64,000 nucleotides of DNA from Methylocystis sp. (GTDB taxonomy: Bacteria; Pseudomonadota; Alphaproteobacteria; Rhizobiales; Beijerinckiaceae): assembly GCA_002929055.1 (NCBI GenBank), contig PERY01000001.1:88855-152854 (forward strand), written 5' to 3'. The notes below the pieces were generated by a model that searched no databases, was not told the DNA's origin, and worked only from the letters and a program-made list of their open reading frames with translations. This document shows positions 1 to 11,145 of this stretch, one piece after another (positions within the stretch are counted from its first letter, which is position 1; the number at the start of each line of letters is the position of its first letter). The position numbers were made by a program, and so were the translations under genes.

Positions 1-400
1 ACGGGTCGCCGCTCACGTGAAAGTCATCCACAGGCCATTTGGTCATCGGGGAAAGCGGGGACAGTTTCGCCGCCCGAGGGGCGCCCCTGTCAACTCCTGG
101 GCATATCCTCAAAGAACTTTACACAGGCCAGAGCCTGTCGAGCGATCGACGGTGAATCCGCGGCGCAGGACCAATTCACAGAGACAGCCGCAATTCTCCA
201 CAGGATGGACTGCATGCAGCATATTGGAAATAAAACATTCCGCCGGTTCTGCTCTCTCTTTGCAGAGACATGCGCAGATTCATCCCCGCCGGGCGCGGCT
301 GTGGGCAATGTGTTAACGAAACGTTAACGCCCGCGCCGCAATGGTTAAGAAAAAGTAAATCATCCCTATTTAAATTGAATTTTATTTTTCAGGCTTTCGC
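1..400. other. Probable chromosomal replication origin (oriC)
   Basis: Intergenic region upstream of hemE (the usual alphaproteobacterial oriC position). DnaA-box-like TCATCCACA (24-32) and TTCTCCACA (194-202), CtrA box at 313-328, AT-rich tract at about 345-390, GANTC sites at 154 and 277; parAB/parS nearby. Confidence 0.8.
313..328. promoter_or_regulatory. CtrA binding site TTAA-N7-TTAAC
   Basis: TTAAcgaaacgTTAAC is an exact consensus match; near matches at 345-359 (TTAA-N7-TAAA) and 370-384 (TTAA-N7-TTTA). Confidence 0.8.
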
Positions 401-457
401 GCTACCTCCAATCAGGCGTGCCCGGGACGAAGCCCGGATCGAAGCGAGGAACCTGAT

Positions 458-1486
458 TTGTCCGACGAGAAACGGCTCATTTCCGCGCTGCGTGGCAAGG
501 CGCATCCCATCCCGCCGATGTGGCTGATGCGCCAAGCCGGCCGCTATCTCCCGGAATATCGGGAACTGCGCTCGAGCGCCAAAAGCTTCCTCGACTTTTG
601 CTACACGCCGGCCATGGCGGCCGAGGTGACGCTGCAGCCCATCCGCCGTTTCCACTTCGACGCCGCCATTCTTTTCTCTGACATTCTCGTCGTGCCCGAC
701 GCGATGGGGCAAACGGTTTCCTTCGAGTCCGGCGAGGGGCCGCGGCTCGATCCGATCGAAACGCCGGAGGGCGTCGCCAAGCTGGGGGCCTTTGACGCGG
801 ACAAGCTCTCTCCCGTGTTCGAAACGATCGACCGGGTGAAATCGCAGCTTCCGTCCGACGTCGCCTTCATCGGCTTTTGCGGCGCGCCCTGGACGGTGGC
901 GAGCTACATGATCGCCGGCAAGGGCACCCCGGACCAGGCGCCGGCGCGGCTCTTCGCCTTCCGCCACCACGACGCCTTCCAGCAGCTCATCGACCGGCTG
1001 GTCGAGGCCTCGGTCGATTATCTCATCCGCCAGATCGACGCGGGCGTGGAGGTGGTGCAGATTTTCGACAGCTGGGCGGGGGTGCTGCCGGCGAACGAAT
1101 TCGAGAGCTGGTGCGCGAAGCCGATTCAGCGGATGGTCGCGAAGCTGAAGGAACAGCGTCCCCAAACGCCGGTGATCGCCTTCGTGCGCGGGGCCGACGC
1201 TCAGTTGCCGGGCTTGACGCGCCGCCTCAACGCCGACGGCTATGGGCTCGATACCGCGTTGGACCCCAGATGGGCTGTCGCTGAAACCGCGCCGAATGTC
1301 TGCCTCCAGGGCAATCTCGATCCGCTCTCCCTGATCGCGGGCGGCGCGGCGCTCGATCGCGAGATCGATCTCGTGCTCGAAGCCTTCCGCGGCCGGCCGC
1401 ATATCTTTAACCTGGGCCACGGCATCCTGCCCCCGACGCCGATCGAAAACGTCGAACGGCTGATCGCGCGTGTTCGAAGAGGCTGA
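458..1486 (+). CDS. hemE: Uroporphyrinogen decarboxylase
   Basis: WLMRQAGRYLPEY and AAILFSDIL motifs, C-terminal HIFNLGHG; TTG start. Confidence 0.97.
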   Translation: MSDEKRLISALRGKAHPIPPMWLMRQAGRYLPEYRELRSSAKSFLDFCYTPAMAAEVTLQPIRRFHFDAAILFSDILVVPDAMGQTVSFESGEGPRLDPIETPEGVAKLGAFDADKLSPVFETIDRVKSQLPSDVAFIGFCGAPWTVASYMIAGKGTPDQAPARLFAFRHHDAFQQLIDRLVEASVDYLIRQIDAGVEVVQIFDSWAGVLPANEFESWCAKPIQRMVAKLKEQRPQTPVIAFVRGADAQLPGLTRRLNADGYGLDTALDPRWAVAETAPNVCLQGNLDPLSLIAGGAALDREIDLVLEAFRGRPHIFNLGHGILPPTPIENVERLIARVRRG

Positions 1487-1488
1487 CG

Positions 1489-1908
1489 ATGTATCTGTGG
1501 ATCAAGGCCCTGCATGTCATCGCCATCGTCTCCTGGATGGCGGGCCTGCTGTATCTGCCGCGGCTTTTCGTCTATCACGCAGATACGGGCCCGGGAGCGC
1601 AGGCCGAGACCTTCAAGGTGATGGAACGCAGGCTCTACCGTTACATCATGACGCCGGCGATGAGCGTCGCCTGGCTGACAGGAGTCTTCCTCGCCGTTGA
1701 CGGCGACGCCTTGCATCAGCCGTGGTTTCACGTGAAAGCGACCCTCGTCCTGCTTCTCAGCGCCGCTCACGTGCACGATGGCGTTCTGATGCGGCGTTTC
1801 GCGGCGGACGCCAATCCCCATTCGTCGCGATATTTCCGGGTGATCAACGAGATTCCGACGCTGCTGATGATCGGTATCGTCATCATGGTGATTGTGAAGC
1901 CCTTTTGA
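1489..1908 (+). CDS. hemJ: Protoporphyrinogen IX oxidase HemJ
   Basis: WIKALHVIAIVSWMAGLLYLPRLFVYH ... NEIPT ... VIVKPF. Confidence 0.95.
   Translation: MYLWIKALHVIAIVSWMAGLLYLPRLFVYHADTGPGAQAETFKVMERRLYRYIMTPAMSVAWLTGVFLAVDGDALHQPWFHVKATLVLLLSAAHVHDGVLMRRFAADANPHSSRYFRVINEIPTLLMIGIVIMVIVKPF
1724..1739. promoter_or_regulatory. Degenerate parS site inside hemJ
   Basis: GGTTTCACGTGAAAGC, 13/16 match to TGTTTCACGTGAAACA. Confidence 0.5.
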
Positions 1909-2062
1909 CGGGTCTTGCATCACCTTGAAAAAGCATTTAAGAATGTAGTCCTTACCTCAGGCAGACAGTCGTATCGTCGACCGCCGACATTGGTCCGGCG
2001 CTCGGGAAGCCCTTCCCGCCAACCTGCCCCTCTCCTGAACGCTCGTCTCTTCGAAGGCCCAC

Positions 2063-3331
<1,269 letters not shown>

Positions 3332-3404
3332 CGTCGGCGCTTCTGAACCGGATCGCCGTTGCGCTCGTAAAAAGGAGCGGAAAGGTTAGGGGTCAGGAGG
3401 CCGA

Positions 3405-4385
3405 ATGTTCAAGGATTTCGCCAATGTCTGGACGATTGTCGCCGAGGCGCGCGCGCTGACGGCCGGCAAGCCGCTCGGCATGCGCATCGCGGGCGAACGC
3501 GTCGTTTTCTTCCGGGACGCCTCCGGCAAGGCCGCCGCCCTCATTGACCGCTGCCCGCATCGCGGCGTCGCGCTCTCGCTCGGCCGGGTGAAGGACGGCG
3601 AGATCGAATGCCCCTTTCATGGCTGGCGGTTCGACGGCGCCGGACGCAACTGCCACGTCCCCTGGAACCCGGACGCCAGGCGAGAGACGCTCGGCGCTCA
3701 CGCTTTGCCGGTGCGCGAGGTGGCGGGGCTGCTCTGGCTCTACACGGGCTTTGCGCCGCCCGCCGAACCCGATGTCACGCAAACCCTCTTCGAGCCCGGG
3801 GTCGCCGTCTGCGCCCAATCCGTGCTCTGGACGGCGCATTGGACGCGGGTGATGGAGAATATGCTCGACATGCCCCATCTGCCTTTTGTGCACCGCAAAA
3901 CAATTGGCAAGGACATGCAGAAAGTCGCCGGCGGCCGCATGGAGCTGGCCTGGGAGGATCGCACCTATGGCGGGCGCATCTCCAGCAAGGTGGACGGCGT
4001 TCCGCGCCCCGGCGCGCTGGAATATCGCTTCCCCAACGTCATGGAGCTCTTCATCGACCCGCCGGGCAAGCGGCTGCGCCTGATGGTCGCCTGCATCCCC
4101 GAGGACGAGAACGCCACGCGCCTGCTGCTGCTGACGGTGCGCAACTTCGCCCGCTCGCCCTTGCTCAATCCCGTCTTCCGGCTCCTCAACCGGCGCATCG
4201 CCAATGAAGACAGGGCGATCGTGGAATCCTCGCTTCCGTCGCATGTCCCGCCGCCCGGGGAAGAGGTTTCGGTGCGCACCGATGCGCCGACCCTCGTCTT
4301 CCGCCGTCTCTATCGCATGAAGCTCCTCGGCGGCGCCGCGGAGCCGCCTGCCGCCTCCCGCGTGGCGGACGCGCCGACCGCATGA
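3405..4385 (+). CDS. Rieske non-heme iron oxygenase alpha subunit (VanA/KshA/PrnD-like group)
   Basis: CPHRG ... CPFHGW Rieske ligands; ENMLDMPHLPFVH mononuclear iron motif; AGGAGG RBS. Confidence 0.88.
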   Translation: MFKDFANVWTIVAEARALTAGKPLGMRIAGERVVFFRDASGKAAALIDRCPHRGVALSLGRVKDGEIECPFHGWRFDGAGRNCHVPWNPDARRETLGAHALPVREVAGLLWLYTGFAPPAEPDVTQTLFEPGVAVCAQSVLWTAHWTRVMENMLDMPHLPFVHRKTIGKDMQKVAGGRMELAWEDRTYGGRISSKVDGVPRPGALEYRFPNVMELFIDPPGKRLRLMVACIPEDENATRLLLLTVRNFARSPLLNPVFRLLNRRIANEDRAIVESSLPSHVPPPGEEVSVRTDAPTLVFRRLYRMKLLGGAAEPPAASRVADAPTA

Positions 4386-5686
4386 CAATGGATACGATTT
4401 TCGCGCTGGGCACGGGAGCCGCCCGCTCCGCGATCGGCGTGATCCGGCTGTCGGGGCCCCGTGTGCGGCAGGCGCTTGACGACTTCGCCGGGAGCCTCCC
4501 CGAGCCCCGGGTAGCGCGGTTTACCGCCTTTCGCGATCCAGCGAGCGGCGAGATGCTCGATCAGGGGCTCGCGCTCTTCTTCCCCGCCCCCCATTCCGCC
4601 ACGGGCGAGGACTATGCCGAATTTCAGATACACGGAGGCCGCGCCGTAATCGACGGCCTGCTCGGCGCCCTCGCGCGGCGTCCCGGGCTTCGTATGGCCG
4701 AGCCCGGCGAATTCGCCCGCCGGGGCTTCGCCAACGGCAAGCTCGACCTGTCTCAGGCCGAGGCGCTCGCCGATCTTGTCGATGCGCAGACGCAGGCGCA
4801 GTGCCGCCAGGCGCTGCGCATCGCCAGCGGGGCCTTGCGCCGGCAGATCGAGGGCTGGCGCGCCGCATTGATCGACGCCCTCGCCCTGGTCGAAGCCGAG
4901 CTGGATTTCAGCGACGAGGCGGATGTCGGCCCCTTCAATGCCAAGAGACTGCGCGCAATTCTCGCCCCGACATATGCCGAGATGCTGGCGGCGCTTCGGA
5001 CCGCGCCTGCCTCGGAGCGGATGCGCGAGGGCTTTCTCGTGATGATCATGGGCCCGCCAAACGCCGGCAAATCGACCCTGCTCAACGCCCTCGCCCGACG
5101 GGACCTCGCCATTGTGTCGCCGACGCCCGGCACGACGCGGGACATGATCGAGGCCCATCTCGACCTCGACGGCCTGCCTGTGACCTTCGTCGACACGGCC
5201 GGGTTGCGGGAGGCGGCCGACGAGATTGAACGGATCGGCGTGGACCGCGTGCTGGAACGGGTGGAGACGGCGGACCTCGTGCTGTGGCTTTCGGCGGGCG
5301 GCGCTGAGGCTTTCAACGAATCGGCTTCTGGCGCAGATGTGCTGCGGGTCGCCAGCAAGAGCGATGTCTCGCCCGCGCCGCCAGGATGGCTTGCGCTTTG
5401 CGCGACAAGCGGCGCGGGGTTGGATAGTTTGTTGCGAGAAATCTCGCCCCGGGCCGGAGCGCGGCTTGGCGACGGCGCCTCAGCGCTTTTCATACGGGAG
5501 CGGCATCGGGTGGCGGCCGAATCGGCGGCCGCGTCCGTGGAATCGGCACTTGCCCTGGAAAAAGACTTGGAATTTATCGCAGAGGATTTACGTTCCGCGG
5601 CGCGCTCGCTGGGGCGCATCGTCGGCGCGGTGGATGTCGAGGACGTCCTCGACGTCGTTTTTTCGCGGTTCTGTATCGGTAAGTAA
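4382..5686 (+). CDS. mnmE: tRNA modification GTPase MnmE
   Basis: DTIFAL, GPPNAGKS, GTTRD, DTAG, C-terminal FCIGK. Confidence 0.97.
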   Translation: MTMDTIFALGTGAARSAIGVIRLSGPRVRQALDDFAGSLPEPRVARFTAFRDPASGEMLDQGLALFFPAPHSATGEDYAEFQIHGGRAVIDGLLGALARRPGLRMAEPGEFARRGFANGKLDLSQAEALADLVDAQTQAQCRQALRIASGALRRQIEGWRAALIDALALVEAELDFSDEADVGPFNAKRLRAILAPTYAEMLAALRTAPASERMREGFLVMIMGPPNAGKSTLLNALARRDLAIVSPTPGTTRDMIEAHLDLDGLPVTFVDTAGLREAADEIERIGVDRVLERVETADLVLWLSAGGAEAFNESASGADVLRVASKSDVSPAPPGWLALCATSGAGLDSLLREISPRAGARLGDGASALFIRERHRVAAESAAASVESALALEKDLEFIAEDLRSAARSLGRIVGAVDVEDVLDVVFSRFCIGK

Positions 5687-5693
5687 GGCGGGC

Positions 5694-5709
5694 TGTTTCA
5701 CGTGAAACA
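5694..5709. promoter_or_regulatory. parS centromere site
   Basis: Perfect palindrome TGTTTCACGTGAAACA between mnmE and mnmG. Confidence 0.92.
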
Positions 5710-5713
5710 GGGG

Positions 5714-7555
5714 ATGGACTTCGATGTCGTCGTCGTGGGCGGCGGCCATGCGGGCTGCGAGGCCGCGGCGGCCGCCGCGCGCCTTGGCGCGCGTACGGCG
5801 CTGGTCACCCATTCACGCGCGACCATCGGCGCCATGTCCTGCAACCCCGCGATCGGCGGGCTTGGCAAGGGCCAGCTCGTCCGCGAGATCGACGCGCTGG
5901 ACGGGCTGATGGGGCGCGTCGCCGACAAGGGCGGCATTCAGTTCCGGGTGCTGAACCGCTCGAAGGGACCGGCCGTGCGCGGGCCGCGCGCCCAGGCGGA
6001 TCGCAAGCTTTATCGGCAGGCCATGCTTGCCGCCATCCAGGCCGTCGACAATCTGTCGGTCATCGAAGCTTCGGTCGAGGATCTTCTTGTCGAAGGCGAC
6101 CGTGTCTGCGGCCTTCGCACTGGCGCGGGCGACGAAATCCGCGCTGGCGCTGTCGTCATCACGACCGGGACTTTTCTTGGCGGCGTGATCCATATTGGCG
6201 ACGAGCGCATCCCGGCCGGCCGCATGGGCGATCCGCCCGCGCTCGGGCTGTCGCGCCGGCTGCGGGCTGCCGGCTTCGCCGTTTCCCGGCTCAAGACCGG
6301 AACGCCGCCGCGCCTCGACGGCAAGACCATCCGCTGGGAGGAGCTGGAGAAGCAGCTCGGGGACGAGACGCCTGAGCCCTTTTCAACGCTCACGCCCCGA
6401 ATCGAAAATCCCCAGATCGCCTGCGCCATCACCCGCACGACCACGCGCGGGCATGAGATCATCCTCGCCGATCTGCATCGCTCGCCGCTCAAGACCGGCG
6501 CCATCTCCGGTCCCGGCCCGCGCTACTGCCCCTCGATCGAGGACAAGGTGACCCGCTTTGGCGACCGCGACGGGCATCAGATTTTTCTGGAGCCGGAGGG
6601 GCTCGACGACGACACCGTCTATCCCAACGGGATTTCGACATCCCTTCCCCTCGTCACGCAGGAAGCCTTCATCCACTCCATCCCGGGGCTGGAGGCGGCG
6701 GCGATCCTGCGGCCGGGCTACGCGATCGAATATGACTATGTCGATCCGCGCGAGTTGTGCGCGAACCTCGAGACCAAGCGGCTGAAGAGGCTGTTTCTCG
6801 CCGGCCAGATCAACGGCACGACCGGCTATGAGGAGGCGGCCGCTCAGGGTCTCGTCGCGGGGCTCAACGCGGCGCGCCTCGTCGCGGGCCTGTCGGCCGT
6901 CCTCTTCGACCGCGCGGAAGCCTATCTCGGCGTGATGATTGACGATCTCGTCACGCGCGGGGTGAGCGAGCCCTATCGCATGTTCACCTCGCGGGCGGAA
7001 TATCGGCTCTCGTTGCGGGCCGACAATGCGGACGAACGGCTCACGCCGCGGGGGATCGATCTTGGCTGCGTCGGCGTGCAACGGCGCACGGTCTTCGCGG
7101 CCCGCGCCGAAAAGCTGGCCCGCGCCCGCGCCTTGCTCGAGAGCGTGTCGCTCACCTCGGCGGCCGCTCTGAAGCAGGGCTTGCCGGTCAATCAGGACGG
7201 CCAGCGCCGCAGCGGCTTCGGCCTTCTTGCGCTGCCCGCCATGTCGGTCGCACGACTAAAGGAGATCTGGCCGGAGCTCGGAGACATCGATCCCCTCACG
7301 GCCGAACGCATCGAGACCGATGCGCGCTATGCCGTTTATCTCGATCGCCAGCAGGCGGACATCGACGCCTTCCGGCGCGACGAGCAGCTCTCCCTGCCGG
7401 AGTCGATCGACTATGAATCTATCTCCGGGCTTTCCTCGGAATTGCGCGGCAAGCTGGCTTTCCTGCGTCCGCGCACGCTCGGCCAGGCGCAGCGCATCGA
7501 TGGGATGACCCCCTCCGCCCTCACCCTTCTCGCTGCCCGGGCGCGTCGCGCGTGA
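5714..7555 (+). CDS. mnmG: tRNA uridine 5-carboxymethylaminomethyl modification enzyme MnmG (GidA)
   Basis: [45 protein letters not shown]. Start is ATG 5714 or GTG 5702. Confidence 0.97.
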   Translation: MDFDVVVVGGGHAGCEAAAAAARLGARTALVTHSRATIGAMSCNPAIGGLGKGQLVREIDALDGLMGRVADKGGIQFRVLNRSKGPAVRGPRAQADRKLYRQAMLAAIQAVDNLSVIEASVEDLLVEGDRVCGLRTGAGDEIRAGAVVITTGTFLGGVIHIGDERIPAGRMGDPPALGLSRRLRAAGFAVSRLKTGTPPRLDGKTIRWEELEKQLGDETPEPFSTLTPRIENPQIACAITRTTTRGHEIILADLHRSPLKTGAISGPGPRYCPSIEDKVTRFGDRDGHQIFLEPEGLDDDTVYPNGISTSLPLVTQEAFIHSIPGLEAAAILRPGYAIEYDYVDPRELCANLETKRLKRLFLAGQINGTTGYEEAAAQGLVAGLNAARLVAGLSAVLFDRAEAYLGVMIDDLVTRGVSEPYRMFTSRAEYRLSLRADNADERLTPRGIDLGCVGVQRRTVFAARAEKLARARALLESVSLTSAAALKQGLPVNQDGQRRSGFGLLALPAMSVARLKEIWPELGDIDPLTAERIETDARYAVYLDRQQADIDAFRRDEQLSLPESIDYESISGLSSELRGKLAFLRPRTLGQAQRIDGMTPSALTLLAARARRA

Positions 7556-8199
7556 GCCATGCCCGCGCGGCTGCGTTCGAGCTGGTCCCGGCGTTGCGTC
7601 GAATCGAGGACGAGCTAGCGATCTACGAAGATCTGCTTCGACGCTGGCAGTCGAAGATCAACCTCGTCGCGCCCAATACGATCGACGCCGTCTGGGTCAG
7701 ACACTTTGCGGATTCCGGGCAAGTCCTGGAGGCCGCGCCGGAAGCGCGGGTCTGGGCCGATGTCGGCTCGGGCGCCGGCTTTCCGGGCCTGGTGACGGCG
7801 CTTCTCCTGAAGGACCGGCCCGGAGCAAAAGTTCATCTCATCGAAAGCGATCAACGCAAGGCCGCTTTTCTGCGGGCTGTTTCACGTGAAACACGAGCGC
7901 CGGCCGAGGTCCACGCCGAAAGGATCGAGAAGGCGCTCCCGAGCCTTGTGGGCGAAGTCGAAGCGATCAGCGCCCGCGCCCTGGCTCCCTTGGCCCGCCT
8001 TGTGGATATGGCGCGTGAACCTCTGGATAAGGGCGCGATAGCGGTGTTTTTGAAGGGCGAGGAGTGGCTCGACGAATTGACCGCGGCCGAGCCGCTGAGT
8101 AGTTTCAGGTTCAAGACAATTCCGAGCCGCACCCATCCGCGGGCCAGATTGATCGTCGTCAATTCACCTTCTGAGGCCGATTTTGACCGGACAGACTAA
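7552..8199 (+). CDS. rsmG: 16S rRNA m7G527 methyltransferase RsmG (GidB)
   Basis: [22 protein letters not shown]; conserved position after mnmG. Confidence 0.95.
   Translation: MSHARAAAFELVPALRRIEDELAIYEDLLRRWQSKINLVAPNTIDAVWVRHFADSGQVLEAAPEARVWADVGSGAGFPGLVTALLLKDRPGAKVHLIESDQRKAAFLRAVSRETRAPAEVHAERIEKALPSLVGEVEAISARALAPLARLVDMAREPLDKGAIAVFLKGEEWLDELTAAEPLSSFRFKTIPSRTHPRARLIVVNSPSEADFDRTD
7878..7893. promoter_or_regulatory. parS centromere site inside rsmG
   Basis: Perfect TGTTTCACGTGAAACA encoding AVSRET. Confidence 0.9.
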
Positions 8200-9001
8200 T
8201 GGGCCGCGCGTGCTCGTGCTCGCCAATCAAAAAGGCGGCGTCGGCAAGACGACGACCGCCATCAATCTGGGCACCGCCCTTGCGGCCGTCGGAGAGGAAG
8301 TGCTCGTCGTCGACCTCGATCCGCAGGGCAACGCCTCCACCGGCCTCGGCGTAGAGCGTCGCAACCGGAAGATCTCCACTTATGATGTGCTGCTTGGCGA
8401 ATCGAGCCTGGCCGACGCGATTGTTCCGACCGTTGTGCCGCGCCTGTCGATCGCGCCTTCGACGCTCGATCTTCTGGGCGTCGAACTCGAAATCGCAGGC
8501 GACAAGGACCGCGCCTTTCGACTGAAGCGCGCGGTGGCGGAGCTCGTTTCGGCCGAGCAGCATGGCGGCAAGCGCTACGACTATGTGCTGATCGACTGCC
8601 CGCCCTCGCTCAATCTGCTGACCATAAATGCGCTGGCCAGCGCCGACGCCGTCGTCGTGCCCCTGCAATGCGAATTCTTCGCGCTCGAGGGCCTCTCCCA
8701 ACTGCTCTCCACGGTCGAGCAGGTGACGCGCACGCTGAACCCCAAGCTTTCCATCCACGGCGTCGTGCTGACCATGTACGACCCGCGCAACAATCTCGCG
8801 ACCCAGGTCGCGGCCGACGTGCGCCGTTTCATGGGCGACAAGGTCTATGAAACGATGATCCCGCGCAATGTGCGCGTCTCCGAGGCCCCCTCGCATGGCA
8901 AGCCCGTGCTGCTTTACGATCTCAAATGCTCGGGCAGCCAGGCCTATCTCAAGCTCGCCTCGGAAGTGATCCAGCGCGAGAAGCGGCTGCGGGCGGCCTG
9001 A
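8183..9001 (+). CDS. parA: Chromosome partitioning ATPase ParA
   Basis: ANQKGGVGKTTT deviant Walker A, DLDPQGNAS, IDCPPSL. Confidence 0.97.
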   Translation: MTGQTNGPRVLVLANQKGGVGKTTTAINLGTALAAVGEEVLVVDLDPQGNASTGLGVERRNRKISTYDVLLGESSLADAIVPTVVPRLSIAPSTLDLLGVELEIAGDKDRAFRLKRAVAELVSAEQHGGKRYDYVLIDCPPSLNLLTINALASADAVVVPLQCEFFALEGLSQLLSTVEQVTRTLNPKLSIHGVVLTMYDPRNNLATQVAADVRRFMGDKVYETMIPRNVRVSEAPSHGKPVLLYDLKCSGSQAYLKLASEVIQREKRLRAA

Positions 9002-9029
9002 AGCCGGACTGAGCCCTAAGGAGTTTTTT

Positions 9030-9893
9030 ATGGTGGAAGAACCGCGCCGCCGGCTTGGCCGAGGCCTGGCCGCCCTCTTGGGCGACGCCGGCGAAGACGC
9101 GCCGGCCGAGCGCCCGCGTGGCCAGCGCAAGGTTCCGATCGAGTTTCTGCGCCCCAATCCGCGCAACCCGCGTCAAACCTTCCGGGAGGACGATCTCGCC
9201 GATCTCTCCAATTCGATCCGGGAGAAGGGAATCATTCAACCCATCGTGGTGCGCGCCATCCCGGGCGTTGCGGATGCTTATGAAATCATCGCCGGCGAGA
9301 GGCGCTGGCGGGCGGCGCAGGCCGCAGGCCTCGCCGAAGTGCCGGTGGTCATTCACGAGGCCGACGACAAGGAGGCCCTCGAACTCGCCATCATCGAGAA
9401 TGTCCAGCGCGCCGACCTCAACGCCATCGAGGAGGCGAAAGGCTATGAGCGCCTCGGGGCCGACTTCGGCTATTCGCAAAGCGAGATCGCCAAGATCATC
9501 GGCAAGAGCCGCTCGCATGTCGCCAATACGCTGCGTTTGCTGAATCTGCCCGAGGGGGCGAAGACGCTGCTGAAGGACGGCGCGATTTCAGCGGGTCACG
9601 CGCGGGCGCTGCTCGCGCTGGACAATTCCGAGGGCGTCGCCAGGCGGATCGTCGAGGAGGGGCTGAGCGTACGCGACGTCGAGGCGATGGCGCAGGCGGC
9701 CTCGCCCGCGAGGGACTCGGCGGACCGGAAGACGAAGGAAAAGGACGCAGACACCCGTGCGCTGGAAAAGACGCTCGCCGACGCCCTCGGCATGTCGGTG
9801 GACATCAAGATTCAGGGCGAGCGGGGCGAAGTCCGCATCCTCTACCGGTCGCTCGACCAGCTCGACGCCATCTGCAGGCTGCTGAGCAACTGA
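9030..9893 (+). CDS. parB: Chromosome partitioning protein ParB
   Basis: LGRGLAALL, IIAGERRWRA, IENVQRADL, KSRSHVANTLRLL. Confidence 0.97.
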   Translation: MVEEPRRRLGRGLAALLGDAGEDAPAERPRGQRKVPIEFLRPNPRNPRQTFREDDLADLSNSIREKGIIQPIVVRAIPGVADAYEIIAGERRWRAAQAAGLAEVPVVIHEADDKEALELAIIENVQRADLNAIEEAKGYERLGADFGYSQSEIAKIIGKSRSHVANTLRLLNLPEGAKTLLKDGAISAGHARALLALDNSEGVARRIVEEGLSVRDVEAMAQAASPARDSADRKTKEKDADTRALEKTLADALGMSVDIKIQGERGEVRILYRSLDQLDAICRLLSN

Positions 9894-9918
9894 CCGCAAG
9901 CGCGGCTCAAAGGCAAAT

Positions 9919-9953
9919 AAAAAACCGGCCCCCGCAAGAGGGCCGGTCTTTTT
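9919..9953. terminator. Bidirectional rho-independent terminator (parB / ompW)
   Basis: AAAAAACCGGCCC...GGGCCGGTCTTTTT hairpin between convergent genes. Confidence 0.85.
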
Positions 9954-9972
9954 CGTGCGATCCTTGCGAGGA

Positions 9973-10848
9973 TCAGAACGGCAGGATTTTCGGAACGCCC
10001 CAGTCCGCGCCGAAGCGATAGGTCAGACCGGCCGAAACGACGATCGGATTGATCTTGACGGCGAGATCAAGCGGAACCGAGAGGACGCCCAGTCCGGGAG
10101 CGGCCGGAACGACGGCCGTCGCCCAGACATGCGCGTTCGGCTCCATCATGATGTATTTGACGTCGACGTTCACGCCCCAGCGGTCGTTGAACATGTAGTC
10201 GGCGCCAGCCTGGCCCACCACGCCCCAGGACGGGGTGATGGATGCGGCCGTGGCCGTGACGATGGCGTTCACGCCCGGCAGGGCCGGCAGCGGCATCGGG
10301 AAGGACTGGTTGCCCGGACGGGTGCCCCAGAAGGCCGTGAAGTTCACGCCGACGCCGAGATAGGGCTGGAAAGCGCCGAAGTTCGTGAAGTGATACTGCA
10401 GCAGCAGGGACGGCGGGAACACCCAGGACTTGATGACGCTCGCGCCCTGGATCGGGCCGACGCCGGTCACATGGTGGTTGGAGACGCAGCAGATCGCCTC
10501 GATCGCCCAGTTCTTCGAGAGGAACCAGGAGAAGTCGATCAGCGGCTGGTAGGAGTTGCTGATGCTCGTGCTGGCGCCGAGGAATCGGCTGCCGGGGCCA
10601 AAGCTGTAACCCGTCGCCTGAAGGACCGTCTGGCCGCCAAGATAGCTGCCGGTGCCGCGGTCGAAGATGCTCGCAGTGCCTTCGGTCGGAATGACCGCGC
10701 CAAACTTCAGGCGAACCTGAAAGGGATGGAACGGCTCGACCGGCGGCGGCGGCGGCGCCTTGTAGCTCGGAAGATCAGCAGCCTGAGCGGAGACGGCAGC
10801 GGCCCCCATAACAATTGCGGCCATCGCGCCGCGCACAAAATCCCTCAT
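9973..10848 (-). CDS. ompW: OmpW-family outer membrane beta-barrel protein
   Basis: Signal peptide plus AADL-PxK-Pro-rich linker; PPSLLLQYHF, FQPYLGVGVNFT, NVDVKYI, INPIVVSAGLTYRF. Confidence 0.88.
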   Translation of the reverse strand: MRDFVRGAMAAIVMGAAAVSAQAADLPSYKAPPPPPVEPFHPFQVRLKFGAVIPTEGTASIFDRGTGSYLGGQTVLQATGYSFGPGSRFLGASTSISNSYQPLIDFSWFLSKNWAIEAICCVSNHHVTGVGPIQGASVIKSWVFPPSLLLQYHFTNFGAFQPYLGVGVNFTAFWGTRPGNQSFPMPLPALPGVNAIVTATAASITPSWGVVGQAGADYMFNDRWGVNVDVKYIMMEPNAHVWATAVVPAAPGLGVLSVPLDLAVKINPIVVSAGLTYRFGADWGVPKILPF

Positions 10849-10940
10849 CGGAACCCCCGTATGAATTCTCTCTTCAGCCAGACGGTCGACGCCGTCGCGC
10901 CGAGTCGCAGTGAAGTTGCTATGGTTTTACGCAAGTCGGA

Positions 10941-10954
10941 TTGACAAATATCAA
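10941..10954. promoter_or_regulatory. FNR/FixK-type box upstream of ompW
   Basis: TTGAC-aaat-ATCAA, 9/10 match to TTGAT-N4-ATCAA. Confidence 0.55.
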
Positions 10955-11145
10955 TGAATGGAGTGGTTGGCGTTCATTCTTTCCCAATGTGACCATTGAG
11001 CAACATTTTTGGGCTGTTGCCTTGCAGCACGGCGAGCGTTAATCGAGAAGGGGTCAAACGCCCGTGACTCCCCAGAAAATCCGGCGCATACAGCGCCACG
11101 CCGGCGCCCAAAAAAGCGTCGTCTCTGCCGCAAGGTGCGACACTC

